Source: an uncultured virus (IMG/VR IMGVR_UViG_3300020196_000023)
Lineage: Duplodnaviria > Heunggongvirae > Uroviricota > Caudoviricetes
DNA: 20,000 nt
Virus record (IMG/VR): IMGVR_UViG_3300020196_000023
Strand: one strand, 5' to 3'
Part shown: piece by piece, positions 1 to 7,572 of the stretch
Numbering within the stretch: the stretch's first letter is position 1
How the letters are laid out: each line of letters starts with the position of its first letter
Notes under the pieces: model-generated
Database searches by the model: none
What the model saw: the letters and a program-made list of their open reading frames with translations, nothing else
Told to the model about the DNA's origin: nothing
Program-made: the position numbers and the translations under genes

Positions 1-168
1 ATTAATCACGGTTTAAATACCCGTGATGCTTATGTGTCAGTAAGAGAAGATTATGGTGGTTTTTTTCAAGTTATTGCCCACGTAGAATTTCCTAATTTAA
101 ATTCTATAGAAGTGGATATGGGCGATATTATTGATGAAAATAGCCATGTGGTAACAATAATAGGTTAA
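1..168 (+). CDS. 3' end of a probable virion structural protein (partial, small beta-rich C-terminal domain)
   Basis: Frame 1 is open from base 1 to TAA at 166-168: INHGLNTRDAYVSVREDYGGFFQVIAHVEFPNLNSIEVDMGDIIDENSHVVTIIG. The HxLxT..VxV...VVxIG pattern resembles C-terminal domains of phage structural proteins. Not in the ORF track. Confidence 0.7.
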   Translation: MNHGLNTRDAYVSVREDYGGFFQVIAHVEFPNLNSIEVDMGDIIDENSHVVTIIG

Positions 169-202
169 GTAAAAACCAAAATAATTCTTTTCCAAAAATT
201 AA

Positions 203-212
203 AACTATTTAT
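203..212 (+). promoter_or_regulatory. Putative phage late-promoter motif AACTATTTAT (copy 1)
   Basis: Exact 10-mer that recurs intergenically at 203, 1671, 3590 and 18302, always upstream of a + strand start codon. Confidence 0.7.
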
Positions 213-218
213 TATACA

Positions 219-276
219 GCGATTTTAATCGGTTGTTTAGGTTAAAATCGTTAGTTTATTATCCGCTCTATAGAGC
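219..276 (+). promoter_or_regulatory. Structured 5' leader: hairpin 219-251 and palindrome GCTCTATAGAGC 265-276
   Basis: CGATTTTAATC (220-230) pairs with GGTTAAAATCG (240-250), with one G-U pair. A perfect 12-nt palindrome abuts the SD-like AAGGA at 277-281. Confidence 0.5.
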
Positions 277-292
277 AAGGAAATGCATTAAA

Positions 293-1597
293 ATGGCTAA
301 TGGATTAAAGATTTTAACAGTATTAACTGCTTCTGAAGCTGCTCAATTTAAGAAAGCAGTACAAGTAGAAACTGGCGGTTTAGTAGTTTCTGCTGGCGAT
401 ACAAACGTACAAGCACTTTATGCTACAAATTTAAGTGCCTCTGGTAACGCACAAGTAGGTGGCAATGTAACTGTAGCAGGCAACGCAGTATTAACTACCG
501 TTTCTGCTTCTAACATCAGTGCTTCTGGTGATTTAGTAGTACGTGATGTAACATTACGTAATGCATATTTATCTGGCGATGCACATTTACAAAACGCTTA
601 CTTAAACAGTGCTTATTTGTCTGGTTCTGCTACCTTTATTGATGGTGTTGCATTTAACACTATCTCTGGTAGTATTTCTAGCAGCCTCGCGGCAGAAACA
701 GTAGCACGTATTGCTGGCGATGCAGCAGTAGCAGCAACAGCTTCAACTAACTTAAACACAGTTTCTGGTGCATTTGATGTCCGCGTAACTGCTCTTTCTG
801 GTGCAGTATCAAGCTCCATCGAAGCTGAAGCTTTGGCTCGTTCAAACGAAGATTTAACCTTCTTGAAATTAGATGGTAGCCGTGCAATGACTGCCGCTCT
901 TAACATGGGCAGCCAAGATATCACCTCTGCTAAGAGCGGTTCATTCTCTGGTGACGTAACTGTAGTCGGTAACTTACAAGTAAACGGTGCATTAACTTAT
1001 ATTGCTACCACCAACCTTGATGTAACCGACAAACTCGTAACATTAGCTAAAGGTGCAGCAAACGCAGCAGCAGCAAATGGCGGCGGTATTGAATTAGAAG
1101 GTGCAGGCGCAAGCTTAACCTACGCAGAAACTGGCGACAAATGGGTTTCTAACAAGTCATTCCAAGTAGCAAGCGATTTGTTTATCTCTGGCGCTAGCGA
1201 TTTCTCATACATCAACGTTGCTCGTTCTGCCGGTCAATACGATGTAGACGCAGCAATCCAAGCACTAGACCTAGCAGTAAGCGGCGCTGTAAATTCTGGT
1301 GGTAACTTCAAGTCAGATTACAATGCTCATCGTCACGTTGCAACTGGTAGCTTGGTCAGCGGCCAAGTAATTCTTAACCTAACCACTCTTGGCGGTGCAG
1401 AATTCGCAGCTGGTGAAATCTCTAAGATTGCATTAGACGTTATGATTAAAGAATCTGAGGAGACTGGTTTTACAAACGACTTGGTAGCAATCAAGATGTT
1501 TGTTGATGGTGCAGACGTTAAAGTACAAATTGATGCACCAGCTACACCAAGCGCAGCTTATCGCTTAATCGCAGTAAACGAAGAAGACATTGCTTAA
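293..1597 (+). CDS. Fibre-like virion protein A (434 aa; Ala/Gly/Ser-rich beta repeats, coiled segments, C-terminal ~90-aa module)
   Basis: Start moved from TTG 233 to ATG 293 (SD AAGGA 277-281). Contains fibre-like motifs ETVARIAGD/EALARSNED, FLKLDGSRAMTAALNMG and DKLVTLAKGA..GGGIE. Codon usage is visibly biased (many AAC/TTC/ATC/GCA/GCT). Has its own promoter motif and terminator. Confidence 0.75.
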   Translation: MANGLKILTVLTASEAAQFKKAVQVETGGLVVSAGDTNVQALYATNLSASGNAQVGGNVTVAGNAVLTTVSASNISASGDLVVRDVTLRNAYLSGDAHLQNAYLNSAYLSGSATFIDGVAFNTISGSISSSLAAETVARIAGDAAVAATASTNLNTVSGAFDVRVTALSGAVSSSIEAEALARSNEDLTFLKLDGSRAMTAALNMGSQDITSAKSGSFSGDVTVVGNLQVNGALTYIATTNLDVTDKLVTLAKGAANAAAANGGGIELEGAGASLTYAETGDKWVSNKSFQVASDLFISGASDFSYINVARSAGQYDVDAAIQALDLAVSGAVNSGGNFKSDYNAHRHVATGSLVSGQVILNLTTLGGAEFAAGEISKIALDVMIKESEETGFTNDLVAIKMFVDGADVKVQIDAPATPSAAYRLIAVNEEDIA

Positions 1598-1606
1598 TTA
1601 GTATAT

Positions 1607-1630
1607 TAATCTAGTTGAAAAATTAGATTA
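1607..1630 (+). other. GAAA-tetraloop hairpin directly upstream of the terminator
   Basis: TAATCTAGTT-GAAA-AATTAGATTA forms a 10-bp stem with one G-U pair. Confidence 0.6.
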
Positions 1631-1670
1631 GGGGAGGGAGGCAGAAATGCCTCCCTTTCTTTTTGTTTTT
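1631..1670 (+). terminator. Rho-independent terminator
   Basis: AGGGAGGCA-GAAA-TGCCTCCCT (1635-1656) is followed by TTCTTTTTGTTTTT. Confidence 0.92.
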
Positions 1671-1680
1671 AACTATTTAT
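1671..1680 (+). promoter_or_regulatory. Putative late-promoter motif AACTATTTAT (copy 2)
   Basis: Lies immediately after the terminator and 6 nt before ATG 1687, which has no SD (leaderless geometry). Confidence 0.7.
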
Positions 1681-1686
1681 TGTACT

Positions 1687-1890
1687 ATGAAACGTAAAAT
1701 AACCTATCTTATCAAAGACTTTGACAAAATAATGCGTGAAATCCTACCACATACGGGTGATTTTAAAAGCGAAGTAATGTTACTTAAACGTAAAGATGAA
1801 TTTATAGTAATGATTGATCATATGGCAGAAAAATACGATAAAATTATACAATTAATAGAACAAGAAAAGGAATTACCAGATGAAGTATAA
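1687..1890 (+). CDS. Small helical hypothetical protein (67 aa)
   Basis: The ORF-track TTG at 1663 lies in the terminator U-tract, so ATG 1687 is preferred. Overlaps the next ORF by 11 nt. Confidence 0.7.
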   Translation: MKRKITYLIKDFDKIMREILPHTGDFKSEVMLLKRKDEFIVMIDHMAEKYDKIIQLIEQEKELPDEV

Positions 1891-2134
1891 ATTTTCTTTT
1901 ATTCAAATAACTAACTGGTTAATGATTTGCCGTGATAATCTTAAAAAGATTCGTGAAGAAGCAAATGAAGGTTTTGATAATAAAGAGGAGGTTATACAAA
2001 AATTAAATAAACAAAAGCGAGATCTTTTGTTGGTTAAAGAGATATTAAATAGAAAAATAAAATTACATGGTATTAGTCCTGATTTCTTGAAAAATTTAAA
2101 CAATATTAAGAAAGAATACGGCATAGGAGAATAA
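1880..2134 (+). CDS. Small coiled-coil-like hypothetical protein (84 aa)
   Basis: ORF track, SD-like AAGGA at about 1867-1871, K/E/L-rich helical composition. Confidence 0.7.
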   Translation: MKYKFSFIQITNWLMICRDNLKKIREEANEGFDNKEEVIQKLNKQKRDLLLVKEILNRKIKLHGISPDFLKNLNNIKKEYGIGE

Positions 2135-2146
2135 GGAAAGATAAAA

Positions 2147-3586
2147 ATGGCAGTTAAGCCAACAAAAGCGATTGCGGATTTACTTGCGCGAAAGCAAATA
2201 TTAAAAGTTGATAAAGACAATAATATTCTTTTCAAAGTATCAGGAACTTTAGGATCTGGTGCTGTTAGTTCTTCTTTACCAATTACGGCTTCTAATATAT
2301 TTTCTGCTTTTGATTCTTTTATTTCGGGCACATTAACTACTAAAAATTTAGTTATAACTGATGATAAAAGTTATGTAAACATAAATCAACTAAGCAATGT
2401 ATCTGCCTCTAATGCTACAGAAGGAAAATTTTTAACTTATGATGGAAATAATTGGGTTCCTTCAGAAATACAAGTAAACGCTGGTATTGGATCGCAAGCA
2501 TATTCATCTCTAAGATATCATTCAGATGGTTTATTTAATGGCAGTGAAACAATAGTTTTAAATCTACCATTATCTTCTGCTTATGGTCCAAGTTTTCCTG
2601 TAGAATCAATTAATTATTTTACTTATAATCTTTTGATTCAAGAAGAATCTGGTTCAAATTGGAAAAATGATTTAGCAGTACTTCAGTTTATTGTAACTGG
2701 TTCTGGTACTCCTTATGTTGCTGCTGTCATAGAAGCACAATTTGTACCATATGCTTATACATTTAACGCAACAAACGAAAATACAGCGGATTTACGAACA
2801 TCTGTAGCATTTAATGGTTTTGGTGTTTCGGAAGAATCTTATAATCGCTTAAGATTTCATGATCTTGGATATTTTACAAGTGACCAAGCAGAAATTCCTT
2901 TACCCGTATTTTCTACTTTTGGTGTTGCATTCCCAACCGGATCATTAAAATATATTACTTACAACGTTTTAATTAAGGAAACTTCTGGTTCAAACTGGAA
3001 AAATGATTTAGCTTCTGTAGAATTTAAAATATCAGGTTCGCAAATATGGGCTGTTATATCCGCCCCGGCCAATCCTTATGCTTATACATTTAATGCGATA
3101 AATAATAATCCAATAGATGTACCATCTGATGTATCTATCGCAAATTATACAAATATTTATGTATCAAACAACGCAGAAATATTAGGAGATTTAACCGTTA
3201 AAGGGACAAACGAATTATCTAATATAGGTAATAACTTATTAGTTGATGATTTATATAATGTTGCCGATGTGTTTTCTGCTGTTGATACACGTTTTGCACA
3301 GATGGTGACAAATTTTAATAATTTACGAGAAGTTATTACAGGAAGTTTTGATATATATGGAGAAAAAATTGTTACATTAAATAATTTTGCAGCAGCAGAT
3401 ATAGATTATTTGTCTCTTGATGTAATGATTAAGTATAGCGGCAGCACACAATATGTTAATGATTTAGTTAGTATACGTATGTCTGGAACGTTTAGCGACA
3501 AAATAAACGTAGAAATAAGTGCGCCAAGTGTAACTAGTGAAGATTTTTATAGAATTATTGCAGTAAAAGAGACAGGAAGTTTATAA
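2147..3586 (+). CDS. Fibre-like virion protein B (479 aa) with three copies of the ~90-aa module
   Basis: N-terminus is paralogous to 3628 (MAVKP...KQI.KVD...LF.VSGT...VSSSLPIT). Contains the fibre motif LSNVS....GKFLTYDGNNWVPS. Modules start at about 2501, 2840 and 3314. Confidence 0.75.
   Translation: MAVKPTKAIADLLARKQILKVDKDNNILFKVSGTLGSGAVSSSLPITASNIFSAFDSFISGTLTTKNLVITDDKSYVNINQLSNVSASNATEGKFLTYDGNNWVPSEIQVNAGIGSQAYSSLRYHSDGLFNGSETIVLNLPLSSAYGPSFPVESINYFTYNLLIQEESGSNWKNDLAVLQFIVTGSGTPYVAAVIEAQFVPYAYTFNATNENTADLRTSVAFNGFGVSEESYNRLRFHDLGYFTSDQAEIPLPVFSTFGVAFPTGSLKYITYNVLIKETSGSNWKNDLASVEFKISGSQIWAVISAPANPYAYTFNAINNNPIDVPSDVSIANYTNIYVSNNAEILGDLTVKGTNELSNIGNNLLVDDLYNVADVFSAVDTRFAQMVTNFNNLREVITGSFDIYGEKIVTLNNFAAADIDYLSLDVMIKYSGSTQYVNDLVSIRMSGTFSDKINVEISAPSVTSEDFYRIIAVKETGSL
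2648..3012 (+). repeat. Intragenic duplication signature between modules 1 and 2 of protein B
   Basis: TCTGGTTCAAA(T/C)TGGAAAAATGATTTAGC occurs near 2648 and 2984 with one mismatch. TATGCTTATACATTTAA also recurs near 2750 and 3077. Confidence 0.8.
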
Positions 3587-3589
3587 AGA

Positions 3590-3599
3590 AACTATTTAT
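3590..3599 (+). promoter_or_regulatory. Putative late-promoter motif AACTATTTAT (copy 3)
   Basis: Intergenic, upstream of SD AAGGAG (3613-3618) and ATG 3628. Confidence 0.7.
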
Positions 3600-3627
3600 T
3601 AAAAATTGTAAAAAGGAGAATTATTAA

Positions 3628-4722
3628 ATGGCAGTTAAACCAGTTAAAGTGTTAACAGATCTGCAAACAAATAAGCAGATTACAAAAGTAGATCGCAATG
3701 CAGGAAACGCAGTATTATTTAATGTATCTGGTACAGTAGCTGGTGGTGGTCATGTTAGTTCTTCTTTACCTATTACAAGCTCTGGATTATTAATCAGCGG
3801 CGATGCGACAGTAAGTGGAACACTTTATGTTCGTACCTATCATTCCATTGAAACAACTGCTTCTGTTCTTTTTCAAAGTGGTTCAAGTAAATTTGGCAAT
3901 AGCGCAGATGATACACACCAATTTACAGGTAGTGTTTCTATTAGCGGTTCTTTCTCTGCCGATTATTTAACTGCATCATATGGTTTATATTCAGGTGGAC
4001 CATCAGAATTATCAGGCGCTGTAACTGCCAATAATGGTCTAACAATACTTGGTGCGCCATTAAATGCATCAACGGTAGCTGTTAGCGCAAGTGCATTAAA
4101 CGCTTCTACTGTTGCTAACGTGGGCGGTTTATTATCAGCGGGTAGTCTATCATCTTCAGCTGGTTTACAAGTAACTGGTTCTACTAGTTTATTAGGCACA
4201 CTTAGTGGTAGTAGCACAGTATATGCTCCAATTGTTTCTGGTAATGTAGGTTCTTTTGTTACCAGTTCTGTTGCTACAACAGCTAGCTTTAATAATATTC
4301 CTATAATTACCTCATCAATTCCAAATGGTTCTGGTGTTTATGATATGTACAGCATTGATCAAGCATTCCATGCCATTGATGCCGTAATAGCCGATTCTAG
4401 CAAAACACAAAATGCTTATAAACGTTTACGTTATCAAACAAGTGGCACATTTGATGTAAGTGGTATTCAATTAATTTCTCTTCCAACAACACAATTTGGT
4501 GGCGCAGCATTTAGTACATCGTCATTAGATTATATTACAATTGATGTAATGGTTAAATTAGAGAGTGGTGATAACTGGATGAATGATGTAGTGGCAATTG
4601 AAACATATGTTACTGGATCTCCCGGTTCAAAATATGTAGAAGTTGCTATTTACAGCGCTGATGTACCATATGCTTATCGTTTGATAGCATTAAATGAAGA
4701 TCCAAGCAAATATGTGATATAA
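3628..4722 (+). CDS. Fibre-like virion protein C (364 aa) with one C-terminal ~90-aa module
   Basis: Ser/Gly-rich, contains SGSSKFGNSADDTHQFTGS (a phage fibre-type motif), shares N- and C-terminal paralogy with proteins A and B, strong SD. Confidence 0.75.
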   Translation: MAVKPVKVLTDLQTNKQITKVDRNAGNAVLFNVSGTVAGGGHVSSSLPITSSGLLISGDATVSGTLYVRTYHSIETTASVLFQSGSSKFGNSADDTHQFTGSVSISGSFSADYLTASYGLYSGGPSELSGAVTANNGLTILGAPLNASTVAVSASALNASTVANVGGLLSAGSLSSSAGLQVTGSTSLLGTLSGSSTVYAPIVSGNVGSFVTSSVATTASFNNIPIITSSIPNGSGVYDMYSIDQAFHAIDAVIADSSKTQNAYKRLRYQTSGTFDVSGIQLISLPTTQFGGAAFSTSSLDYITIDVMVKLESGDNWMNDVVAIETYVTGSPGSKYVEVAIYSADVPYAYRLIALNEDPSKYVI

Positions 4723-4733
4723 TAATCACATAT
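4710..4733 (+). promoter_or_regulatory. Extended -10 promoter (TG-A-TATAAT, 4715-4723) inside the inverted repeat ATATGTGAT-N6-ATCACATAT
   Basis: Perfect TGnTATAAT 8 nt before ATG 4732, no SD, and a 9-bp perfect inverted repeat at 4710-4718/4725-4733. Confidence 0.65.
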
Positions 4734-5262
4734 GATTCTTGGTTTAGACATATCAACTTCAATAACCGGCATTACTATCCTTGATGATACGGGTAATGTG
4801 TTGTTATTTGATATGGTTGATATGCGTTCTAAGAAATATAGTAGTTTTTTTCTTAAAGCCGACGCAGTAGAACGGCGGCTGGTACAATTAAAAAAAGACT
4901 ATAATATAGATAAAATATTTATAGAGGAAAGTTTACAAGCATTTAGACCCGGATTAAGTAGTGCAAGTGTTATTTTGACTCTTGGACGTTTTAATGGTAT
5001 AATAAGTTGGATATCTTATAAAATATTTGGCTTTGAACCACAATATATCGGCGCTTCGACTGCTAGGAAAGCTGTTGGCATAAAGGTAGAGCGGGGTCAA
5101 AATGCCAAAGAAATCGTTTTAAAGCGCGGGGTGGAGCTTGAAAAGGGCTTCCTAGTCGAGTATACTCCCCACGGCAATCCTGTTGCTGGCTGCTATGATA
5201 GAGCCGATGCATATGTTATAGCCCGTGCGGGGTATTTATCTTGTCAGACTCTAAAAAAATAG
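4732..5262 (+). CDS. ruvC: RuvC-like Holliday junction resolvase
   Basis: N-terminal ILGLDISTSITG strand with catalytic Asp, IFIEE, and C-terminal DRADA acidic motif, which together give the RuvC/RNase H-fold pattern. Confidence 0.85.
   Translation: MILGLDISTSITGITILDDTGNVLLFDMVDMRSKKYSSFFLKADAVERRLVQLKKDYNIDKIFIEESLQAFRPGLSSASVILTLGRFNGIISWISYKIFGFEPQYIGASTARKAVGIKVERGQNAKEIVLKRGVELEKGFLVEYTPHGNPVAGCYDRADAYVIARAGYLSCQTLKK
5138..5166 (+). promoter_or_regulatory. Sigma70-type promoter inside ruvC, upstream of primase
   Basis: TTGAAA (5138-5143), 17-nt spacer, TATACT (5161-5166). Each box matches consensus at 5/6. Confidence 0.6.
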
Positions 5263-6182
5263 AGATTCTTAAGCAAATTCTTGGAGACTATTATTCTTCT
5301 GGGAATGAAAAGCTATTCTTTTGCCCAAAATGCTCGCATCATAAGAAAAAATTAAGTATAAACATTACTAAAGACGTATTTAAATGCTGGAAATGTGATT
5401 GGTCAGGTAAATCTATACGCCGCTTAATACAAAGGTATGGTAATTATGTCCAACAAAAGACATGGAATGAGCTTTCTGGTATTGTCGAAATTACAGAATA
5501 TGAGAAGATATTCCTTGCAGAAAAAAACGTTGAAGAAAAAGTACAATCAATCTTATTACCAACAGAATTCCAGACGTTATGCAACAAGGATTCTAGCCTA
5601 ACATCGTTACCAGCTCGTCGTTATCTGCGTGATCGCGGTATATCTAAACAAGATATACTTTATTGGAAAATCGGTTATGCAGTTTCTGGAGAATATTCTG
5701 GTCGTGTGATAATTCCATCTTTTAATTTAGATGGTAATATAGATTATTTTATTGCTAGAACTTATGAAAATGATTGGAAGAGATATTTAAATCCTCCAAC
5801 ACCAAAAGACATCATTTTTAATGAACTTTATATTGATTGGTCAAGCGATATAACAATAGTAGAAGGTGTATTTGATGCCATTAAAGCAAAAAATGCTATT
5901 CCTATTCTTGGATCTACTTTGAGAGAAGGATCTAGATTATTTCGTGAATTAATAAAAAATGATCCTGCAATATATATCGCCCTAGATCCCGATGCAGAGA
6001 AAAAAGCTGAAAAACTTATTAATACACTTTTAGCATATGATGCAGAAGTGTATAAAATTCCCATCCCAGCTGAAAAAGATGTTGGCGATATGAGTAATGA
6101 GGAATTTTTAGAGCGTAAGAAGGACGCTAAACTAATTAAAGATAGTGATTACTTTTTGATTAATAAAATCATGAGCATATAA
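5241..6182 (+). CDS. dnaG: DNA primase, DnaG/T4 gp61-like (Zn finger + TOPRIM)
   Basis: CPKC..H...CWKC zinc-binding domain, GRVIIP, TOPRIM motifs VEGVFDA, ALDPDA and KDVGD. TTG start with GGGGT SD at 5229-5233. Confidence 0.9.
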   Translation: MSDSKKIEILKQILGDYYSSGNEKLFFCPKCSHHKKKLSINITKDVFKCWKCDWSGKSIRRLIQRYGNYVQQKTWNELSGIVEITEYEKIFLAEKNVEEKVQSILLPTEFQTLCNKDSSLTSLPARRYLRDRGISKQDILYWKIGYAVSGEYSGRVIIPSFNLDGNIDYFIARTYENDWKRYLNPPTPKDIIFNELYIDWSSDITIVEGVFDAIKAKNAIPILGSTLREGSRLFRELIKNDPAIYIALDPDAEKKAEKLINTLLAYDAEVYKIPIPAEKDVGDMSNEEFLERKKDAKLIKDSDYFLINKIMSI

Positions 6183-6183
6183 A

Positions 6184-6381
6184 ATGTCAGAAGGCAAAAA
6201 ATATAATCCTAAAACGGTTATAGCATTATTAAAGTTAATGCTTTCTATGCGCAAAGATTTAACAAAAGAAGAAAAAGAATCTGTTGTTAGATTAGCAGAA
6301 CAAATGATACTTAAAGGTAAAAATAAAGACTATGAAGATAAACAAATCTTTTCTATCAAAGATTATAAAAGAAGAAATTAA
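6184..6381 (+). CDS. Small helical hypothetical protein (65 aa)
   Basis: ATG lies 1 nt after the primase stop. The ORF overlaps the next gene by 50 nt. Confidence 0.6.
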   Translation: MSEGKKYNPKTVIALLKLMLSMRKDLTKEEKESVVRLAEQMILKGKNKDYEDKQIFSIKDYKRRN

Positions 6382-7516
6382 AAAAGTTTTGTATGATTCT
6401 CATAAACCTTGGGAAGTTGCTGTCGTGAGAAAAATGGTTGATATTTTTAATGATATTCATGACGGCAAGCAAAAATCAAGAGAAGAGTATATTGCCCATA
6501 TACAACAGATAATTAACGACACCTCTAATAAAGAAACGCCAGAGCAAGCGTTTGATTATTTTAAAGAAGAAAACGCCGTAGATCCAGATATGTTTGAAGC
6601 TGTTGCAGGATATCTATATCCACGATTTTCCGATGATCAAATACCGGCATCTTATAAAGACATACATGCAAAGTATAAAGAAATGGCAAAAGGCTATGTC
6701 AAACATGATGCTGGACCCAGTTCTACGTTTTTAAGAAAGCCAAAGTCAATTGATCCACAAGATCAAGAAGACGTTAGAAAAAATAGAAAAACATTAATTC
6801 ATGAAGAAGAGCAGCCTGATGCTAGAGAAGCAAAAGGAGAATTATATGTTAGAATGCCTCCGCAAAAGTTTTTACAATTAGCAGCTAGTGATGTGTCATG
6901 CGAAGAAAGAGTTTCAAAATTCTCTATCAAAAAATATGATGAAACCGGCTTAAGAGGCAATCCAGTTTTACGTATAGATGCGTTAAATAACAAAGTATTT
7001 TATCATGATGGTCGTGGTAGAGCTTGTTTAGCAATAAATAATAAATTATCAGAAATTAATGTAGCATTAGTCTTCTATAAAGAAGATCTAAAAACAAGAG
7101 CGATTAGAAGTTGGGATTATATAACTAAAATTGGTTATATTACTAATCAGGATGGGACAGAAAATATAGATTTATCTGGTATTCGTTTAATAAATGAACC
7201 ACCTGATTGGCCTAGAAGATTAAGAATATATGCTGTAAAATATATTGATAAAAGCGACAAGCAAACGCCATCAGAAAAAATAGATTATAATATCAATAGT
7301 CTGATTATAGATATGTATTTAAATTATCCTAATATAAAACAACCAATAGAAGTTTATAGATTAATACCAAATAAAAGTGTAAAATCCGGCGAACCGCCTT
7401 ATAAATTAGACAATGAAGGTCGTGTAGTATTAAAAAATAAAAATTTAGAAGATGAAAGTGTATGGGAAAAGGTTCCAAAAGATGAATGGGATAGTCTTCC
7501 TGCTCATCGTAAATAA
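6332..7516 (+). CDS. Protein with MKIxKxxLxxIIKEE leader and central ParB/Srx-like domain (394 aa)
   Basis: Leader is shared with 17704. PVLRID...VFYHDGRGRACLA...INVAL resembles the ParB/Srx DGxxR motif. SD-like AAGGT upstream. Confidence 0.6.
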   Translation: MKINKSFLSKIIKEEIKKVLYDSHKPWEVAVVRKMVDIFNDIHDGKQKSREEYIAHIQQIINDTSNKETPEQAFDYFKEENAVDPDMFEAVAGYLYPRFSDDQIPASYKDIHAKYKEMAKGYVKHDAGPSSTFLRKPKSIDPQDQEDVRKNRKTLIHEEEQPDAREAKGELYVRMPPQKFLQLAASDVSCEERVSKFSIKKYDETGLRGNPVLRIDALNNKVFYHDGRGRACLAINNKLSEINVALVFYKEDLKTRAIRSWDYITKIGYITNQDGTENIDLSGIRLINEPPDWPRRLRIYAVKYIDKSDKQTPSEKIDYNINSLIIDMYLNYPNIKQPIEVYRLIPNKSVKSGEPPYKLDNEGRVVLKNKNLEDESVWEKVPKDEWDSLPAHRK

Positions 7517-7524
7517 TTAGCTAT

Positions 7525-7552
7525 TTAACTTGTACTAGTAGTGTTGTATCAT
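7525..7552 (+). promoter_or_regulatory. Possible sigma70-type promoter for the nuclease-ATPase gene
   Basis: TTAACT (7525-7530), 16-nt spacer containing palindrome TACTAGTA, then TATCAT (7547-7552). SD GGAG follows at 7564-7567. Confidence 0.35.
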
Positions 7553-7572
7553 CTGTTCTGATTGGAGAACAA

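Noticed and set aside
233..292. TTG start at 233 for fibre A
   Set aside because: It lies inside the leader hairpin and has no SD. ATG 293 has an SD and an MA start like the paralogues.
1663..1686. TTG start at 1663
   Set aside because: It falls in the terminator U-tract, upstream of the promoter motif.
1721..1750. Perfect TTGACA inside the 67-aa ORF
   Set aside because: No acceptable -10 box at 16-18 nt spacing.
2501..4719. Diversity-generating retroelement TR/VR pair among the fibre repeats
   Set aside because: Copies are in-frame, highly diverged at all bases rather than only at adenines, and no reverse transcriptase is present in the window.
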